A DNA stretch of 64,000 nt from Octopus sinensis (GCF_006345805.1 NC_043000.1:109430001-109494000), one strand, 5' to 3'; counted from the stretch's first letter, positions 1 through 11,886 are shown. Notes: generated from the letters alone by a model not told the origin. Numbers and translations: made by a program.

Positions 1-392
1 GACATCTTGACTCAATGTCTGTGTCAACCCGACAATTCGGACTTAATATTTGATAGACAAGGACAGTTCAAAGGCACATCGAGTGCAAGGTACCTTTCAT
101 GAAAACTAAATGCCTTGCCACAGAACATGTGGTATTCATACTCCTTGATGATTACATGAAGGGCACATGTCTCACTAGAATACTCATCGTCGATAGCAAC
201 AATTATCCATGGAATTTACATGCAGAAACACACACTCACACACACACATATATATATACATATATATATACATATGTATATACATACACACATATACACA
301 CATAAGATATATATGTGTGTGTGTGTACATCTGTGTTGATTGCAAACGTGTATATATATCTAACTATCTATCTTTCTATCTATCTTCTATCG

Positions 393-438
<46 letters not shown>

Positions 439-649
439 ATCTATCTATCTGTCTGTCTATCTATCTATCTATCTATCTATCTATTATCTTCTATCCATCT
501 ATCTATCTATCTATCTATTATATATATATACATATATATAATATATACAGACAGATATATATAGATATATATATATATATATATATAGATATATATATAT
601 ATATATATATACATACATACATACATACATACATACATACATACATGCA

Positions 650-756
<107 letters not shown>

Positions 757-761
757 ATAAT

Positions 762-807
<46 letters not shown>

Positions 808-990
808 TAAGCAATAAAGGGTTTAGCAACGAATTGCCTTACCACATACCGAATTTAGAAATAGCAGTCAAAGAGTTATAGCTATTTCTTCTACTAAAAA
901 GGGAGATCTCAGTAAAAACAGCAATTGGAAGGCAGACACAAACAGGTAAGAGAGAATGAATTGACGGCAATCTATCATACAATTTTAAGT

Positions 991-1095
991 TATCTACGGA
1001 CGTACGTTTCGAAATCAAGTTTTTAGGAAAGCATAAGAATTAAATATTAAATAATTCTATCTTACCAAAACTTCTTTTCTCTTCAGCGCAGAATA
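991..1095 (-). ncRNA. Hammerhead ribozyme with extended stem II (copy 1)
   Basis: Minus strand: stem I UCUGCG/CGUAGA (6 bp, plus 2 more after a bulge), CUGAAGA (1086-1080), stem II GAAA/UUUC closing a ~61-nt insert, GAA (1010-1008), palindromic stem III ACGUACGU, C17 at 999 (GUC triplet). Confidence 0.75.
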
Positions 1096-1583
1096 CTATA
1101 ATCATAAATGATTATATATTGAATTTTGAGATACTAGAAGGCACCAACTCAACTCAGTATCAGGGCGAGCTAGAATCCGCAACTAGTATCACCAAATTCA
1201 ATGTGTGAATGAAAAGATTGTGTCACCAGCCCCTTCCCACCCGCGTGTAGCCAAAACAAGATGCTGTGGTCATCTACTGAGATAAAATATGGTTATCCGT
1301 AATAATGAAGGGTGAAATTAATTAATTTGGAATAATTATCAATTACACCAAGTAGTCTTCGGCATGTAAAAGCCTCATTCGAGGAAAATTTAAGTAATAC
1401 TAAGCAATAAAGGGTTTAGCAACGAATTGCCTTACCACATACCGAATTTAGAAATAGCAGTCAAAGAGTTATAGCTATTTCTTCTACTAAAAAGGGAGAT
1501 CTCAGTAAAAACAGCAATTGGAAGGCAGACACAAACAGGTAAGAGAGAATGAATTGACGGCAATCTATCATACAATTTTAAGT

Positions 1584-1688
1584 TATCTACGGACGTACGT
1601 TTCGAAATCAAGTTTTTAGGAAAGCATAAGAATTAAATATTAAATAATTCTATCTTACCAAAACTTCTTTTCTCTTCAGCGCAGAATA
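1584..1688 (-). ncRNA. Hammerhead ribozyme with extended stem II (copy 2)
   Basis: Same motif shifted by 593 nt: core at 1679-1673, C17 at 1592. Confidence 0.75.
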
Positions 1689-2021
1689 CTATAATCATAA
1701 ATGATTATATATTGAATTTTGAGATACTAGAAGGCACCAACTCAACTCAGTATCAGAGCGAGCTAGAATATATATATATACACGTTTGCAAAAATCTCAT
1801 AATTTTTCACACATCTATATTCAATATTCACACACGCTCACTATACATATCTACGTACATGTACGCACATGCATATATGTATGCATACATATATTTGCAT
1901 ATATGCATAAATATGTATATATATATATGTGTGTATTTGTGTGTGTGTGTGTGTGTATGTATACTTATATCAATGTATATGTATATACGGATGTAAGAAC
2001 TTGAGCATGGATGTATATGCG

Positions 2022-2087
<66 letters not shown>

Positions 2088-2577
2088 CAGGTATGTTTAT
2101 TTTTGTATCTGCGTTGGTTTGCGGGTGTTTTTCAAAGTAGGATAGCAAATATCTAAGCATGCTGCGATTTTTAATAAAGTGAACTCCATCATGCAGGGTT
2201 GTTATCATAATAAATATATCCTAAATTTTGTCTATATATATGTCAGTGTCAGTGAGCTCTTGCTTGTACTATTGAACGTGTGGATGTGTGTGCGTGTGTG
2301 ATGTGTAGATATCTGAGTAAATTTTCTGAGACAGAATGTATCAGTAAGTGTGAATGTATACTTCTGTGTATTTATATACGCTTGCAGTATTTAGTTTGCA
2401 GCACACACACACACATACACACACACACGCACACACACACACACACACAACCAACACACACAACACCACACAACATATATATATATATATATATGTAAAT
2501 ATAATACTATAGATGTATACATATATACACAAATATATATAGTATTTTGTAATATATTATATCCTTATTATGCATAA

Positions 2578-2609
<32 letters not shown>

Positions 2610-2667
2610 AAAACTACACATAAGTATTTGTGAAGGAAATCTAATTCTCGGCGACAACTATGATTGT

Positions 2668-2712
2668 CACACGCTGACGAGAGGTCAATACCTCGAAACT
2701 CGAGTCCGTGTG
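2668..2712 (+). ncRNA. Canonical type I hammerhead ribozyme (copy 1)
   Basis: CACACG-CUGACGA-GAGGU CAAU ACCUC-GAA-ACUCGAGU-C-CGUGUG: perfect 6-bp stem I, 5-bp stem II, palindromic stem III, GUC cleavage triplet (C17 = 2706). Confidence 0.9.
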
Positions 2713-3032
2713 TATCATAAGTTGAAGACGGGAAGGATGACTTCCCTTTGCAAATACTGACAGGACACATATAGTGTGTCTATGGCCAGCTGGAGGGCCA
2801 GCTGGAGGAGTGTGTCCTCCTGGGGCTAAAAACTACAGTAGCATCCACCCTTAGGGGTTAGCCATATTGAAATGGCAAAAATACGTCACGATGTGTTACC
2901 GCTACTGTATATAACTCACTTTGATATTTATCATTGTTTGATTTCACTTTTTCAATATCAGCGACAGTGGACGCTGGAAAAAGTATAAGTATTTGTGAAG
3001 GAAATCTAATTCTCGGCGACAACTATGATTGT

Positions 3033-3077
3033 CACACGCTGACGAGAGGTCAATACCTCGAAACTCGAGTCCGTGTG
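3033..3077 (+). ncRNA. Canonical type I hammerhead ribozyme (copy 2)
   Basis: Identical motif; C17 = 3071. Confidence 0.9.
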
Positions 3078-3479
3078 TATCATAAGTTGAAGACGGGAAG
3101 GATGACTTCCCTTTGCAAATACTGACAGGACACAGATAGTGTGTCTATGGCCAGCTGGAGGAGTGTGTCCTCCTGGGGCTAAAAACTACAGTAGCATCCA
3201 CCCTTAGGGGTTAGCCATATTGAAATGGCAAAAATACGTCACGATATATATATATATTATAGTAATATATGCTATGGTATAATATATATATTTTATATTA
3301 TAGACATACGCATATACATGTATTAGCTTGTAATATATTGTATATTACACATAATATATATTATATATGTCATACAATATATATTCTTATATATAGATCG
3401 ACATGAATAAGTATTGGAATTCTCATAAGTAATGATTCCATATGCATATTAGAAATCGGCAACATTGTGCAGGTGAGTA

Positions 3480-4140
3480 GCTGGATGGATTCTGAGATCA
3501 TTCAGAACCAAGAAAAAGGTCTCCATTCTACTGCAATGGAGAATTTTCCTTCTCAGTCGTCTAGATTACTGCTCGTCACGGTGGTCACCGCAGCGCACGA
3601 GAGTGATGGCGGAAGTTGAGGTAGTCCAGCGCCGCTAAGCTAAGATGACTGACATGTGAGCTAATGGGAGAAGCTAAAGGAATTGAAGCTCTACCCGCTA
3701 GAGAGAAGGCGTGGAAGATATGCAGTGATATACACACGGAAGATGCTGGAAGGTCTAGTTCCCAACTTTGGAATTGAAGGGATACCAACAACCGAACTGG
3801 ACGGCACTGCATAGTACCAAATCCCGCCTCCTTCATCTAAAATAACAGACCTTGTACTGTAGTAGTTTTGGTTTTGAAGGTCCACAACTATTCAACTTTC
3901 GGCCAAACAACCTCAGAGATTTGTGAGGTGTAGATATGGGGGTCTTGAAAGGATGCGTGGGCTAATTTATGTCTGAGATAACAGAAGAACCCATATTGTG
4001 AGAGCAGGCACGAAGGAGAGAGACTCCGTCCAACTGGCTACTTCATCGGAAACGATACAGGAAAAGAAACCCAATCAATCAGAAAGACAGTGCCCCAGCA
4101 TGAGCCCAGCCTCTGACTGAAACCTGTAAATGGTAAATGA
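3480..4140 (+). mobile_element. CR1/L2-clade LINE 3' fragment (decayed)
   Basis: 3674-3780 translates LKELKLYPLERRRGRYAVIYTRKMLEGLVPNFGIEG, typical of the CR1/L2 ORF2 C-terminus. Tail CAGTGCCCCAGCATG...TGACTGAAAC at 4088-4125. Confidence 0.75.
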
Positions 4141-4809
4141 TTAATGCATAAAAAAAACACACACGCATTTATGCGTTTGTATGTGTGTGTGTGTGTGTGT
4201 GTGTAATTATACGTATTTGTGTGCACATATGCATGTTTGTGTATATACGTGTGTAAGTGCATGCGTGTAGTTACGTGCACGCTTAGGTGTTATATAAACG
4301 CATGCAAAAACTGACAGAGCTTTCAACACAGAGACACACACGCAGTTCCACGGATGTGGGTTTGTTTGTGTATACTTGTGTGTGTGTGTTGTGTGTATGT
4401 GTGTGTGTGTCTGCTGGTGTGTACGTGAATGTGTGAGTGTTTTCGTCTATGTGTTTGTGTGTGAATGAGTGCGTGTGTGTGTGTGCGCGCGTGTATGTTG
4501 ATGAAACAAACAGTCCGCTATAAACATCTGTCTGACCTTACTGTAATTGAAGAACTTTGAAAAATATATGCATAAATATATAAACAAATTAACAACTAAG
4601 TATACAAGCTTGAGCATAAATATAGATACACACAAGTTACACGCATACACAGACATATATATATATGTTCGTGTGCATTTTATATATGTGTGTGTGTGCG
4701 TGTGTTTATTACATATATATCTATATATATATTTATATACATACATATGTATATGCATGCCATTGTGTATACATGTACACACACACATACACACACACAC
4801 ATATATATT

Positions 4810-4962
4810 TTAATTTATAGAAAAACAAAAGATGAAGACAGGTGTATGAACAACAAGCAGGTGTATTAGTTTAACGCTCAGGAAAAAAGGAAAAGCCTTT
4901 TACATTTCGAGTCTACGCTCTTCGACAGAAAGGAATAAGAGGAGAAAATGGAGAGAGAAAAG
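4810..4962 (-). mobile_element. Short TA-flanked repeat with variant hammerhead-like motif (4896-4933)
   Basis: Minus: CCUUU-CUGUCGA-A-GAGC GUAG ACUC-GAA-AUGU-A-AAAGG, followed by TTCCTGAGCGT. Related to 5028-5195. Confidence 0.6.
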
Positions 4963-5027
4963 CTGTGTATAGTTCAGCGGACCAACATGGTGAGATAACT
5001 GGTATATATATATATATATATATACAT

Positions 5028-5195
5028 ATAGGGAGAGTTTACGAAAAAAACAAAAGACAAAGACGGGTGGTGTACAAAACAAACAGATGTATTAGTATAA
5101 CGCTCAGGAATAGAAAAAGTCTTTTACGTTTCGAGCCTACGCTCTTCTACAGAAAGGGACACAGAAAGAAACAAGGAGAGAAACAAGGAGAGAAA
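5028..5195 (-). mobile_element. Short TA-flanked repeat with variant hammerhead-like motif (5121-5156)
   Basis: Minus: CUUU-CUGUAGA-A-GAGC GUAG GCUC-GAA-ACGU-A-AAAG. Near-identical copy at 58953-59122. Confidence 0.7.
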
Positions 5196-5211
5196 AAAAT
5201 ATATATATTTA

Positions 5212-5244
<33 letters not shown>

Positions 5245-5254
5245 GCATATACAT

Positions 5255-5286
<32 letters not shown>

Positions 5287-5341
5287 TTATATTTTTTGAA
5301 TGAAGATTTATAGTGGTGTATCCATATATATATATAGTGTG

Positions 5342-5401
<60 letters not shown>

Positions 5402-5500
5402 TATATAATATATATATGTGTGTGTGTGCGTGTGTGTGTATATGTATGTGCATATAGTATGTATGTATAAATATATATATATATTTATGTATGATGTATA

Positions 5501-5537
<37 letters not shown>

Positions 5538-5557
5538 ATATATATATATATATATAT

Positions 5558-5725
5558 CGGGCTGGCCATATCGGGGCAATCTCGGGATTGGTCAGCCGGG
5601 GTTGCTAAGATGGTCTGGTTCTTGACTGATGACTGAGGGCTTCGAATGTCCCGTCCTGTGGTTCTGTGTCGTCTATGTGGTGTTTCATGTTCTTGTCCCG
5701 TCTGTATTAATTTACTGTTTACCTA
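5558..5725 (+). repeat. Unclassified structured TA-flanked element
   Basis: GC-rich 170-bp island between (TA)n runs, with a 9-bp hairpin 5560-5568/5589-5597. Confidence 0.45.
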
Positions 5726-5896
5726 TATATATATATATTATATATATATATATATATAATATAATATATATATTATATATGGATACACACATAAATCTTC
5801 ATTGAAAAAATATAAATTTCAACTTGCTGACTTGACATGTGTAGGGAAATTCAAATTCGGATATTTTTTGTAGGTTCCGAAAGAGAGACAAAGAGA

Positions 5897-6012
5897 AAGA
5901 GAAGAGAAGAAGAAGAAGAAGAAGAAGAAGAAGAAGAAGAAGAAGAAGAAGAAGAAGAATAGAAGAAGAAGAAGAAGAAGAAGAAGAAGAAGAAGAAGAA
6001 GAAGAAGAAGAA
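5897..6012. repeat. (GAA)n microsatellite
   Basis: Direct reading. Confidence 0.95.
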
Positions 6013-6458
6013 GAGGGGGGCCACGAAGTATAGAGAGAAGGAGGGAGGTTGATAAAAAGAACGAAAGAACGAATGAAAGAAAGAAAGGAAAAAAGGGGGA
6101 GAGAGGAGATAGAGCTGGTGCAGGTAGTGTGGAAGCTGAACGATGAGGGAGGAAGTGTTGTAAGGAAGTAGAGAAAGTTTGCAGCATGGGAAGAGTGAAA
6201 GGATGAGGGCCAAATTGGTGGGATTTCCAAGTCTACGAAGGCGATGGCTATATATATGCGGGTATGCATGTGTGTGTGTGTGTGTGTGGCGGCTGAAGGA
6301 CTGTATCTGTATATATTTGTAGGTGTGTGTGTCTGTGTACATATCGAATATAAACTTAGGGACCTCCATTGATCGGAACAAGCTCCAATAAATCAATAAC
6401 AAAATCCCAAAATCAAAGTTTTGCAGGACAATGAAACATATTATACATATATATATAT

Positions 6459-6516
<58 letters not shown>

Positions 6517-6984
6517 TGAGGTGTATTCCATTAAGAACGTATTAGAGTACAAGACAGAGCTCGTTCACCCTTAGAATTACCAGGTACCCGGCAGGCAGTA
6601 TTATGGTATACTACCAATTCTAGGGTTAGGCATCCCCCGTGTGTGAAAAATAAAAAGGAAAGAATAGATTTTTTCCTTTATATATATATATATATATACA
6701 CACACATACACGCACACAGACTAACAATAAGGAAGAGTGATATATGTAAATAAAAGAAGTTTACTGCATATACGTAAACCTTTCAGAAAAAATATGATTC
6801 TGTCTCCGAGAAAACAAATAGAGTGTTTTTATTTTTTAAATTTGAAACGCTGAAAAGAGACCAGAAAACGGATTTCAATAAAGTCTACCGGATGCACACC
6901 AAAAGTATAGTTTACTTTACGTTTTACAGATTTATAATGAAATGTGTGTGCCTATGTGTATGCATATTTGTTATTTTGTACAAG

Positions 6985-7150
6985 CATTGCTGAGTGGTTA
7001 AGAAGTTTGCTTGGCAAACATGCAGTTCTCGGTTCAATCCCTCGCGCTGTACCTTGCGCCAATATCTTGTATTATAACTTCGACAAACACCTTGGAAATA
7101 AATTTGATAGACGGAAACTCCGTAGATGGTCTTCGTGTATGTCTGCGTGT
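6985..7150 (+). mobile_element. Decayed tRNA-derived SINE (family B) 5' half
   Basis: A-box/B-box-like head (GCTGAGTGGTTAAG ... GGTTCAATCCC) and TTTGATAGACGGAAACT motif shared with 22994-23440. Confidence 0.6.
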
Positions 7151-7852
7151 CTCGGAAGAATCGCATCTGAAATGTGCACATGATAAACGAGCGTATGCAT
7201 CTCTACCTAATCAGACAAATCGAGAAATAACGCCAACCAATAGAAACAATAAAACAAAACAAACAATTGCTGGAAGTGAAAGTAACGGAGAGGGGTGAAC
7301 AGAATCAAAGAATGTTGAAGCATTGTTAGGCCCCAGCAAGCTTTAGGTGTCTTAGTCCTACATAACGAGATGCTCGTGGTATTTGTGGGTCTCATTAGAG
7401 CCAAAGTCTTCGAGACGGAATGCCGAGTACAAAGAATAATTGTTGTGTCGCTGAGCGGATTTCAAGGTTCCCTGGGCGTTGTTACGAACGAAGAACTCTC
7501 TAACAAAACATCTCCCCAAAACAATGAAGCGTTGCGAATGTTTGTTTCGTTTATTGCAGGAGACGGTCATTTTTTTTTTCGATATATGTATAGAATTACA
7601 TTGACTTCTCTCGTATAAAACAATAGAAAAGGGTTGTAGTTAAGGGAGCGGAAATGATTTTTTTTGTCTGTGTTGTTGTTTGTTTTACACCCGGAGAACT
7701 GTTATCGAGAAATGTCAACTCGGTAGGAATTGAATTGAGGAACGTCAGGCACAAAGCCGAAATACCTCAACGCTCTGAGCCAGTCTGTCTGGCTCCCTAG
7801 ACATTTGTCTACATATACATACATCAGTACACACATGCACATATATACATAC

Positions 7853-7889
<37 letters not shown>

Positions 7890-8193
7890 AGGAGAGAGAG
7901 AGAGAGAGAGAAAGCAGAAGAGAAAGAGAGAGAGATTCGTAATAACAGTTGGGATGCAACTCCGCGCGTGCAAATATATATCTTAGTAAATAATAATTAT
8001 TAGTTAATAAATAAACACACCAACACACATGTATATATGTATATATGTTTGTATGTATGTATGCATATGTGTCTGTTAACGTATGTATACACACGCATAT
8101 ATACATACATGTCTATGTCTGTGTGTGTGTGCGTGTGTATGTACGCATACAGATATTTGGATGTATATATATATATATATATAATATATATAT

Positions 8194-8233
<40 letters not shown>

Positions 8234-8804
8234 ATATACATATATACGTTGTATGAAAACGTGTGTGCATATATACCTGTGTATCCTTCATTATATATAT
8301 ATACATATATACGTATGTGTGTGTGTGTGCGCGTGCGTAAAGGTGTTGTATGGATTTAATTATTCGTTTATCTTCATGACATTACGTTAGAATGTTCTCT
8401 GCCAGATATCCCGGGTCATACGCATTCCCACGATTCCAAAAATGTCTTACTCAACGGTAAATGTCTTTATTTACTGTAAATATCCGACCACTGTTTCTCT
8501 CCACACACACACACACACCACATCATTCTCATCATCATCTTCATTATTATCAACATCATCACCATCATCATCAGCTTCGTTACCGACACATTCTATTGCA
8601 GACACCAAGATATTCAGCAACTACAATAGAGAGTGCACATAGAGGCGCATGCATGGCTGTGTGATTATGTAGCTCGCTACGTAACCTTATGGTTTTATGT
8701 TCAGGACCACTGCGCGGTACCATGCACAAGTGTCCTCTACTAATAGTCTCAAACTGATTAATGCCCTGTGAGTCAATTTGATAGACAGAAATTGTGTATA
8801 TATA

Positions 8805-9165
8805 TCACCACGGCACTCCGTCGGTTACGACGACGAGGGTTCCAGTTGATCCAAGCAACGGAGCAGCCTGCTCGTGAAATTAAAGTGCAAGTGGCTGAGC
8901 ACTCCACAAACGTATATACCCTTAAGGGAGTTCTCGGGGAGATTCAACGTGAGAGACAGAGTGTGACAAGGCTGGCCCTTTGAAATACAGGTACACCAGG
9001 AACAGGAAGAAAGAGTGAGAGAAAGTCGTGGTTCACTCCACCCACCTGCCGGAGCTTCGTGGATTTTAAATGTTTTCTCTCAATAAACACTCCCAACGCC
9101 CGGTCTGGGATTCGAAACCACGATCCTATGACCGCGAATCTTCTGCTCTAACCACTGGGTCATAT
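8805..9165 (-). mobile_element. tRNA-derived SINE family C
   Basis: Shares the GGCACTCCGTCGGTTACGACGACGAGGG...GTGACAAGGCTGGCCC module with 19195 and 28506. tRNA-like head at the right end. Confidence 0.85.
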
Positions 9166-9329
9166 GTATACATACATATGTTTCGCTATAACATTATTTA
9201 AGAGTCATCAATAATTATAACTTTCAAAGATGCAATAATCACCTAAAAAAGAAACTTATGAACCATTTTCTACTGATATTGGGATGAAATTTGGTTCAAA
9301 TGTGCATTTTTAGTAATAAGACATGGAAA

Positions 9330-10160
9330 AGTTGTGCCCTCCTCTGAAAACCTGGAAAAGTGGCTTTTCTCTGAAAACTTAAGAATGACTGACTTGACAA
9401 CATGACCTCTACAGAGAGGTGACAATTATGGGTGTGTAGAGCAAGATGAGAATGTCAGATATGATGGACTCATAAATAAGGAGAGGACCAAGAATGAATA
9501 CCTCAAGAGAATAAAGAGAACATGATGAGAACTCTCAGCTTACAACAGACATATTGCCCACAACACCTTTGTAGTGCCTGTCCTCACATCTACATTTGGC
9601 CTTCTGAACTGGTCACTACAAGAGCTGAACGAGATAAATTTCGTTGCTCAATGTTACACGGAACTTTAACATCGATGGAGTTGTAAACGGGCTGCTTATA
9701 CTTCGCACGCAAGGATGGTAGTCATGGTCTCAAATCTGTGCTGATGTCATATATAAAGCGCGGATTGTGACACGGAAACAACATCTGCAGCAGAGGAAAG
9801 AGACCAAATGTGTGATCATGAGACCAACAACATAATTAGGATAATTAAATTAGTATGATTAATGAACTTGAGGAGAGATATGAAATAAGAGCTAATACAC
9901 ATTTCTCTCCAAGGAGCATTGGTAAAATCTGTTCCTTGAGAAGATAGTATATAGGTACATGGCAGGTAAAACAAGAACCATAGACGGGATCGAATTTGTG
10001 AACAGCTTGGCATGGAGGACGGAAAAGGCTTATGACATCCCACTTTGAAGGTTACATCCCTGCAATCCAAGAACAAGAGACCTCCATTAAGTATCTTGAG
10101 TATAAAAGGCAGAAAACGTTGACAGACAAGAAATGTAGACTTCGCGAGACCAAGACTGGA
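9330..10160 (+). mobile_element. R4/Dong-clade LINE fragment (RT C-terminus to zinc-knuckle region)
   Basis: Frame fragments ELSAYNRHIAHNTFVVPVLTSTFGLLNWSLQELNEI and HFEGYIPAIQEQE...DKKCRL. Many stops and frameshifts. Confidence 0.75.
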
Positions 10161-10359
10161 TTGTGGCCAAGCTGGGGCACTACACTTGAAGGGTTTAGTC
10201 AAATAGATCGACCCTAGTACTTCTTCTCTGTAAGTGTGATACATATTTTAAAGGTATCTTTGATCGAACCGCTAGGTTATCGGGAGGAAAGGGAACCCAC
10301 ACCTGTTGTCAAGCAGTTATGGGGACAATGCTAAGACACTCGCGCGCACACACACACCC

Positions 10360-10478
<119 letters not shown>

Positions 10479-10532
10479 GTATGCATGTATGTGTATATGT
10501 ATGTGTATGTGTGTGTGTGTGTGTGTGTGTGT

Positions 10533-10700
10533 ACGACGAGTTTCCACACAGTTTCCGTCGACCAAATCCACCCACAAGGCATTGGTTTGGTCTGCGATTA
10601 TAATAGAATTAAAACGAATTTGCTCAAGGTGCCACAGACAAGGGCTGAACCCAGAACCACTAAGTTGAGAAGCGAGCTTCTTAACGACATAACCACACAT
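10533..10700 (-). mobile_element. SINE family B 5' half (3' part at about 10166-10325)
   Basis: Reverse complement of the head and TTTGGTAGACGGAAACTG motif; split by microsatellite. Confidence 0.7.
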
Positions 10701-10899
10701 ATGAGGTGTAGAAATCACTCCAGACATGCGTTTGATCCTAAATCAGTTAGGCCACTAAAAGTGACACTAAAAGGTCCCTTACTCGAACAGCAGTCTAAAA
10801 GCAGGTTTATTTGGGAATTTATCAAATCAGAATATTACAAAACGAGAATTTTTCAGATTTTTTTTTTAGCTGTTTCTATGTTTTTGCAGCTAAGAATCT

Positions 10900-11258
10900 C
10901 GCTTTGAAACCTCGTGGTCTCGAGTTCAGTTCTACTACGCGGCCCCTTGGACAAATGTCTTCTACTAATACTCCGAGACAACCAAAGCCTTGCGAGTGAA
11001 TTTGGTAGATGGAAACTGAAAGAAGCCCGTCGTACATATGTGTGTGCATGCGTGTGTATGCATGTATGTCTCTATGTGTTTGTTTTTGTCTTACCGATTT
11101 ATAACCGGTATTGGTTTGTTTACGCCCACGTAACTTAGCGGTACGGCAAGAGAATATGATAAAAGAATAAGTCATGAGGGTCGATTTGTTTGACTAATAG
11201 CTTCAAGGCGGTGCCCCAGCATGGCCGCAGTCCAAAGTCTGAATCAAGTAAAAGAACA
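10900..11258 (+). mobile_element. SINE family B
   Basis: GAGTTCAGT B-box, TTTGGTAGATGGAAACTGAAAGAAGCCCGTCG, tail GCGGTGCCCCAGCATGGCCGCAGTC. Confidence 0.8.
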
Positions 11259-11567
11259 TATATTGCTTTGTGTATCATTTCTTTATTTCTGGCAGCGCAA
11301 AGATAGGTTTTTAAGCGAATTGAACTTATCTCGTCGGTAAATTGCCAAGTCGTAGCAATATCTTTAAATTGGCACCGGAAACAAAAAAAAAGTACAAAAC
11401 ACAAGATAGGAAAATAAGAACGAAAAAAATAAATAAATAAAGTAAAATAAAATGAAAGCTTTAGTTCACAGTACAGGGTATTACGAAAATATATAACTCC
11501 TAAGTATTTCTAGTAAGCCTGGACTTATTTAGCTCAGCAAATTACCTTACTTTACTCTGACTCTCTC

Positions 11568-11604
<37 letters not shown>

Positions 11605-11834
11605 TATCTATCTATCTATCTCGCTATCTCTATCGCTCCCTCTCTCTCTCCCTCTCTCTCTCCCCCTCTCTCTCCCCCTCTCTCTCTCTCTTACAATTAA
11701 GGAAAACAGTGCTTTCAAACGTCTAAGATAAAGATGGTGCTAAAATATTTTCAAATAACTAAGTCAAAGATTACAACATTCATAATATACATACATACAT
11801 ACATACATACATACATACACATATATATACATAC

Positions 11835-11886
<52 letters not shown>

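Larger units (their letters stand above)
805..1769 (-). mobile_element. Tandem 593-bp unit (1.6 copies), hammerhead-bearing non-coding retroelement (retrozyme or Penelope pLTR-like)
   Basis: TACTAAGCAATAAAGGG starts at 805 and 1398 (period 593). The copies are near-identical up to 1769. (TA)n on both flanks. A hammerhead lies on the minus strand of each copy. Confidence 0.8.
2621..3246 (+). mobile_element. Tandem 365-bp unit (1.7 copies), retrozyme-like element
   Basis: TAAGTATTTGTGAAGG at 2621 and 2986. The copies differ by a 12-nt duplication and a substitution. TA-rich flanks. Two canonical hammerheads 365 nt apart. Confidence 0.85.

Noticed and set aside
1345-1392. Second hammerhead-like string in the 593-bp unit (minus: CUCGAAUGA GGC..GCC GAAGAC)
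   Set aside because: The core does not match CUGANGA/GAAA and no stem III or NUH triplet can be formed.
5625-5655. CUGAUGA...GAA motif
   Set aside because: No acceptable stem II or stem III.
6567-6626. Hairpin CCCTTAGAATT/AATTCTAGGG
   Set aside because: Single instance with no further recognisable motif.
7207-7618. Short ORFs on both strands in unique sequence
   Set aside because: No recognisable domain and no convincing splice-site pair.
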